From the NCBI GenBank assembly GCA_044892525.1, contig CM097885.1:23686001-23746000 (forward strand): a stretch of 60,000 bases of DNA. The letters are read 5' to 3'. Positions 53,423-60,000 of the stretch are shown here, piece by piece. Made by a program: the position numbers and the translations under genes. Position 1 is the first letter of the stretch. Each line of letters starts with the position of its first letter. Source of the stretch: Schmidtea polychroa (lineage: Eukaryota). Below the pieces are notes generated by a model. The model made no database searches. It was not told the DNA's origin and worked only from the letters and a program-made list of their open reading frames with translations.

Positions 53423-53864
53423 AGAGTGGGAAACCAAAGGATTGACGACATACCAATACCAAAAAATTAACCATCAAAGAGATATTCCTTCGAGAAATGG
53501 CATCAACATCGACTACAATACCAGAGAAATTGACACAAATTTCAGTTGAAGAAATTGATTTAACAATCGAAGAGAATGTGACGATGGAGATTGAAAATTC
53601 ATTACTTCCATTGAATTGGGTCACCGAATCGTTTTTGGAAATTTCGGAAGAATCTGTCGCATTATTGGCAAGTGTTTCGATAGTAAGGATACATCCGACA
53701 TTTGAATATGGCCCAATGCCCGAAGGCCGAAAAGCTAAGAAGAGAAAAAATACTTCAAACATTGATGTTTGAGATATTGTGAAAGTCAATGGTGTAATAT
53801 ATGAACAAGAAGAAACCATAATACGATATCGACATGAAACCAAACGATTGAAAATAAAAATGGA

Positions 53865-56800
53865 CTAAATTATATATATATATATCATCCCTTCCAGCGG
53901 ATCAACAACCCCATTTAACTCTAAGGGGCAAACCATAGTTATTGGTCTCAATAACTCTTTTCCTTTACTAAGTATTTTTAACACTCGGACGTGTCCATCT
54001 TCGCCGGGACAGACTTCCACTACTCCCCCAAGCTTCCACACCTTCTTACACAATCCATCCTCCAGTACCCATATCAAATCTCCGGACTTTAAATCCTTCC
54101 CATCCTTTGCCCATCTTTTTCGGCCCCTCCGTCCGATCACAATCTCTTGTTTCCATCGTCTCCAAAATTTCTCGATTAGGTCTTGAATCAGCTTCCATCT
54201 CTTTTTTATCCCTGTTCCCATTAGTTCTGTCTCTTCCTTGATAAACCTCTTGTAACCTGGCTTGATGAAATGGTTCGGTGTCAACACTTCTTCTTCCTCC
54301 GTATCTTCACTAACAGTTGTCAACGGTCTACTATTCACCATTTCTTCCGCCTTCAGAATGACAGTTTGCAGCTCCTCATCCGTCAATTCAGCAGCTCCAG
54401 CAATTGCTAATAAAGCATTTTTTGCTTCTTTTACTAGTATCTCGAAAACTCCTCCAAAGTGGGTTGCACTAGGCGGGTTGAAGATTCACTTTATTCTGTC
54501 ATTTTTGAGACCACTTTGGATTGAATACGTATCAATCTCCACTTTCCCAATTTCACTAGCTGCCCTTACAAAATTTGTTCCATTGTCAGAAATTATTAAC
54601 AAGGGGGTTCCGCGACGTGCAATGAATCTTTTGAATGCAATAAGTTCCTCGGCCCTCATTCCCCTTGATAGAAAATCTGCGACGTTTTCCTTCGTAGGCA
54701 AATACCTCCACTGTGAGCTCCTTGTCGAACGCTGAATTTCCGCGACCCTGTTCGCCACAAATACTTTACAATTACGACCTAATTGCGTTATCCAATACAA
54801 GACGTCTTCACTATTCGTCCAGAAGATGATGTCTTGGATATTCGTCTTCCAACATTGAGATATCTTAAGCCCCAATCTCATCCCTAATTCTGCTGCCAAC
54901 AGCTCCAGGCATGGAATGCTCACTACTTTGATCAGCGCTACTCTAGATTTAGCCGCGATTAGGTTCGTCCTTACTCTTTCCTCTTGACTCTCCCTGACGT
55001 AAGTTACGGCCCCATATGCGCATTTTGACGCATCAACAAATATGTGAATCTTCGACTCACTATTTACGTCTCTAATTAAACATCTTTCGCATCTGACTTC
55101 ATTTAAAATTGGAAATTCCTTCAACCAGCTCTAGAACTTTCTCCATAAATCTTGTGGTAATAAGTCATCCCAATCCATACCCGCTAACCAAATCTCTTGC
55201 ATCAACAGCTTACCCCTGATCAGAAAACTTCTGCTAAACCCAAAGAGTCAAATATCCTCGCTAAGCAACTCAAAAATCCCCGTTTCGAGAGCCATTATTG
55301 GGTTGGTAGTTTGACATCGTAACTAAATTTATCCTCTGCCGCAATCCAAACGAGTCCAAGAGTTTTTACTGCTACCTGGTTTCCATCGTTCAAGCTTAGG
55401 AGCTTTGATCTCCTTTCCACAGGAATCGTTTCTAACACCCTTTTTTCATTGGTGAGCCACTTGTTAGTTAGCATTCCTGCATGTTCCCAGATATCAATTA
55501 TTTCGTCCTTGACCCTAATTGCTTCCTCCGCCGACTGAAAGGAATCCATTGTATCATCCATGTACGTGGACTCTATTATTGTTTCCGCCGCTATTGGAAA
55601 CTTCGCCTGAAACTTCTCAGCGTTCTGCCTCGTGAGCAACTGTGACAGAAACGGAGATATGTTTAGTCCGAAGACTAGTCTTTCGAATTCAAATCCCTCA
55701 GTTTCTCCATTTTCAGCCCACATAAACCTTAAATATTTCCTATCATCCGGGTTCACCTTTATCTGTAAATACATCTCTTGTATATCATAAGCAATCGCTA
55801 CAGGATATCTTCTGAATCGCAATAATATCTCGAAGAGATCATTTTGTAGCTTTGGGCTTTGTTCTATGGCATCATTTAAATTGAGACCATTGTTTTTCGC
55901 TGCTGCATCAAAAACTATTCTAATCTTGGTTGTTTCCTTGTTCATCTTTATCACAGGAAAATGTTGCAACCAACACTTCGTCTCACAAAATTCCTTCTCC
56001 GCTAATAACCTGATATACCTTTTTCGCACATAGTCATTAAGTCCTTTTAACCGATTGTCCTTCTTTAAACACTTGTCTAGACTTCTCAAACGATTCTCAG
56101 CCATTTTTAAATTACCTTGAAGTTGATACTTGTTCTCCTTCCATAAAAACTAACCGTAAATCGCCCATCTTCGCGCGACATCCCTTTGATCGCCTTTTGC
56201 ATTAACATTAATTCATTTTGGCTAAATTGATTCTTTTCAACGTACGTCTCCTCAATTTCCCAAAATTGCCGCATCTGATTTTCCAATCTCTCTGTTTTCG
56301 AGAAATAACTCTGCAAAAGATGCGAATGCCGAGGAGATTCTTCATTACTGATTTTGACAAGGCATGTCCATCCCAGACCTACTACTTCTCGAATCGATCA
56401 ATGCAAGTGTGGATAATCTGCACCGATCAAACATCTATATGTGGCCTTTTCCCCAGCACTGGGAATCGAACATCTTTTAGGTGATTCCAATTACCGGCCC
56501 TTTGCCAATTAAAGATCTTGGAATCACTAGTGATTTCTTTGACCACCAGGACGTCAAAGTCCATCTTCACTTTATTATTGTCACTCGCCAGCATAACTCT
56601 TACCGGTTTTGCCACTAACATCTCAGTCTTTCCCTCAATCACACCAATTTCCATTGTCCTTTAACATCTAATTTCTCCGCGGCCCAATCGCTAATTAAAC
56701 TTACGTTGCTTGCGTCATCAAGCAGCGCATTCACACGCACTTCTCTACCATCTCTAATCAACTAAACTGAATCGTCCTCAAAGGGACATACTTCTTTTCA

Positions 56801-57080
56801 CACCGTTCTTCTCGAAAAGTCACCATTGACGTGTTTTTATTTGGCGTCTTCATTTGACTATCCTCAGCTTTGCAATCTGAATCATACAAAAGGAAATGAT
56901 GCTTTGCTTTGCAACTTTTATCCTTACAGAAGCTGGACCTCTCGCAGTTCCTGACGAAGTGGCCTCCAGCTAAAAAGTTTAAAAAAAGTCTTAATTCTTT
57001 AACAAGCTCGCTTCGTACTGCTACTTTCATTTTTAAAAGTTCCGGACATTGGTTCAAGTAATGTTCCGATCCACATTTGA
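53865..57080 (-). mobile_element. BEL/Pao LTR retrotransposon relic
   Basis: BEL gag zinc knuckles; protease ALLDDAS; RT KIRIVFDAA..STYMDD; Pao RNase H HIFVDASKCAYGAV..FVANRV; integrase SDNGTNF..VNSRPL; C-terminal FWRRWKQE region. Confidence 0.93.
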
Positions 57081-57123
57081 CAAATTTTGATAAAAGAATT
57101 AATGAAATTACCCACCAACTAGT

Positions 57124-57355
57124 TCATAAAGTAGTAGGATAAAAATTAATTATCTGGTTAAATTTAACGAAATGTGATAACCAACAAGATCTCAATTCCT
57201 GAAATTAAACCATGTCAAAGTTATAAAAGAAATTACTTGCCGAACGATGCTGAAGTTGAAGCCACTCACTACCACTACGGTTAGGGATTGCTAGGGACCA
57301 GATACAAATCTAGGACGCATAGCGATACCCCTCCAATAATAAGTCTGAGTGGCAT
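57124..57355 (-). pseudogene. Two-exon hydrophobic peptide relic, positional counterpart of 13229-13512
   Basis: MPLRLIIGGVSLCVL.../..TVVVVSGFNFSIVRQ, then a 38-nt GTAATT..TTCAG intron (57236-57199), then ELRSCWLSHFVKFNQIINFYPTTL*; needs a frameshift. Confidence 0.35.
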
Positions 57356-57846
57356 AATTTTTGCGAAGCATATTAGGATAACAAAAAAGGGAAATACGAA
57401 ATTATTTGAAATATGATGATTATTTAATATAATTGGGAATTAAATTTTGAAGCAGATAAACAAGAGTCCGAAATTTTTTTTTCCTCTTACCCCATCCCTC
57501 CTATTTTGTGAGATCCAAATTTATTAATTTTGAATTTAAATATTTCAGCTTTAATCTGGTAATTTATAACTTATAAATCGTTAATTTAATAAACTTGGTA
57601 ATTTGTAAATTGTAAATTCTTAAGTTAAAAAGATTTCTTTTTTCACGTAAGTAAATTGAACAATTTAATGCGGGAACCAAATAGGGGTTGGGGAGTCCAC
57701 TTTAAATCAAAAAAATCATTAGCAATTTGATGGAATGGGTATGATGCCGGAGTTCGAAATGTGACAACGTGCCCAAGCGTCCTTGGTTGACAAAACTAGG
57801 GCGCATAAACAAAACTTCGATTAAAATTTTTTTTACTCTATCAGGT

Positions 57847-58122
57847 ATGCCTAATAGAACTCGAAAACCCGAACAAGCAGCCCTTCATCCTCTGCGTCGG
57901 ACCTCAGAGAAATCCAAGAGGGGGTAGATGAAGCCTCCAGGCTGGGCATAGAAGAAGAGATTACCCGCCTAAGGTCCCGGTGGATCTGGTATAAGATCCA
58001 CGATTGGACTTACCAGAATGTGGTTCCGGTGGTCCCAAAAGCAGAACCCTCAATCAATGCTACCTCCCTCGCTCTAATCGAAGCCTTCGAGAATGTTGAG
58101 GAAGCCGTGGATCGGTTGCAAC
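57847..58122 (+). pseudogene. Homolog of the 13905 ORF, interrupted by a hAT insertion
   Basis: ITRLRSRWIWYKIHDW versus ITRLRTRYIWYHIHRW (12/16 identical); AFENVEEAVDRL versus AAWDVEAAQMRL; frameshift near the start. Confidence 0.75.
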
Positions 58123-60000
58123 TAGGGTTGTTAAACGAAAATCGGAAATCCGATTTTCGATTTTGAAAACGATTATCGGTTTCTTTATTTCACAAAACGA
58201 TAATCGGTTTGTCTTTTACATATTATACAGATAAATTGAATGCCGGGAATTTAATTTTGTTCATTGTTTACTACTGTATCCATTCAATTTTACCGACAGA
58301 AAGGGGCAGTTTTTTTCAACTCGTCAAAACTCCTTACAACGTGTTTGTACATGAGTCAATCTTTTCAATTATCCCATTCCTGTAACAACGGCAAGAGGTT
58401 GCTCTAGTATTCCAACATATCTCACTGACTGACCAGTTATTTGTCAGTTGATGTCCGTAATCGGCAACCGCTGATTTGTTTTATACAGCCCCTGACAGGT
58501 ACTGTGCCCATTAAATCTTTTAATCGGGACCAGCTAAGGCCAAGGTTGTGGTTGTGTGTTTTAGTATTTGCATTTTGCCGGTTTTGTTTGGCAACCTGAT
58601 ATTTGTTGCCGAAATCGGCCACCAAAGATTTGATTACTGCAGTCCATAACAGAAGCTTATCTATTAACCCCTTTGACAGGGACTAGATGTGGCGAGGTCG
58701 GCGATTTTGTGTTTAGTCTGTGAAGGTCTATTTTGCAATCTGATATCTTGCATCTGCGAACCGGTTAAAAGTTTATTCTGGTTTTAACTTAAAACCAGAA
58801 TAAACTGAATTGCATACCGCATCATCTTCATGAAAGCCAGATGTAAAGAGATCGAAAGACATGTGCCATTCCTCGAATAATAATGTTTGGTTGTTTACCC
58901 ATTGAAATATGGAAGAGAGTTGGACACTAGGACAAACTTCAAGTTTGGGTGACGACCATTCTCAAATTTATTCAGTTTGTTGATCTTTTGACAATGTCTA
59001 AGAGGCTGCTCAGGTCGAAGTAAATTGATTTTCGGGATTTTAATTTATGACAAGATTTTGGAAAGTCCAATCCATGGTTCAAATCTACTATAAACATATA
59101 AACTGTTATATAATTTCCATTCATTCAGTTAGTTGCTCTCGTAGTAGCTGTTATTAATCCATATAATTGAAAATTGCGGTTTAGTTTGAATATTACGTAA
59201 TATTCAATAAACATTTTTTATATTATCTAAATCAATACAAAATCAGTTTAAATTTATGGGTTTCCGTATAAATAAGTCTGACGTCTGGGACAATTTTGAT
59301 AAAATTTCGGCGACGATGCACAATGTAAGCTCTGTGCACAGCAAATAAGTAGAAGTGGAGGTACTACGACTGGTTTGCATGCACATTTGCATAGCAAACA
59401 TGGTATATTAACAACATCTTCAAATACTCAAACACGATTGACTGCATTGATTACAACACAAAGAAATTGTCCGAGTAGTAAACAGGAAAAAATTACGGCT
59501 GCTGTTGCGAGATTGATTTCCGAAAATATGTTGGCAATTTCGCTCGTGGAATCGAAATCCTTCCGTGAATTGATGGCGATAGTGGAGCCAGGATATCGTC
59601 CTCCGTGTCGTCAGACGATGACAGCACGACTAACAGCAATGAAAAATAATTTAGTGGTCAAAATGTCGAAATATATCCATGAAAATGTCAAGGACATTGC
59701 GATCACTACCGACATCTGGACTAGTGTCACCAATGAAGCTTATCTCAGTTTTACTGCAAGCTACATTGATACAGACTGGAATATGATGACGCCTGTTCTT
59801 GGAACAATTCTGATGACTCAACGCCACACACAAGCCGTCATTGCTGACCATCTATGTAGTATAGCTGATGAATGGTCAATAAAAGAAAAAATTGTTGCAT
59901 GTGTCCATGATGGTGCATCCAACATCAATCATGCAGGCAATCTCAATGGATGGTTTGACGTTCACTGTGCGGCGCATAAATTGCAACTTTGCATCAATAA
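58123..60000 (+). mobile_element. hAT (ZBED1-like) transposon, left part; runs off the window
   Basis: TAGGGTTGTTAAACG terminus with AATCGG/CCGATT subterminal motifs; preceded by the 8-mer GTTGCAAC (candidate TSD). Confidence 0.8.
59256..60000 (+). pseudogene. ZBED1-like hAT transposase, frameshifted, incomplete at the window edge
   Basis: SDVWDNF..AQCKLC..GGTTTGLHAHLHSKH BED finger; IAITTDIWTS; VHDGASN; HCAAHKLQLCI. Confidence 0.9.

Larger units (their letters stand above)
50700..53860 (+). mobile_element. Truncated LTR retrotransposon: LTR (ends 51557, start uncertain), PBS, gag, DEDDh exonuclease
   Basis: LTR end ...CCCAACA, then TGGTGAGCCCGA (51562-51573, similar to a tRNA-Trp PBS); TATAAAA and AATAAA inside the LTR. 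Confidence 0.8.

Overview
Very AT-rich eukaryotic DNA, almost entirely transposon-derived. It is probably from an invertebrate; short introns and the transposon mix suggest a planarian-like flatworm, but that is inference. Layout: (1) 2.1-12.7 kb: an AGTAGT-starting block with tandem repeats rich in transcription-factor motifs, a recurring ~90-bp motif, and a 7.2-kb palindrome holding decayed genes. (2) 13.2-15.0 kb: a divergent module of small genes (spliced membrane peptide, AT-hook protein, coiled-coil protein), with a diverged homolog at 57.1-58.1 kb. (3) A solo LTR, then a piggyBac with a nested hAT, a hAT relic, a Merlin-like MITE, an intronless tetraspanin and a compact Gypsy element. 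(4) 18413-33468 is tandemly duplicated almost perfectly as 33469-48524. (5) After 48.5 kb: a hAT relic, a decayed LTR retrotransposon carrying a REXO4/ISG20-like DEDDh exonuclease behind gag, a BEL/Pao relic and a BED-hAT running off the window end. The tetraspanin (two copies) is the only clear intact host-type gene. All alignments, translations and counts were done by eye.
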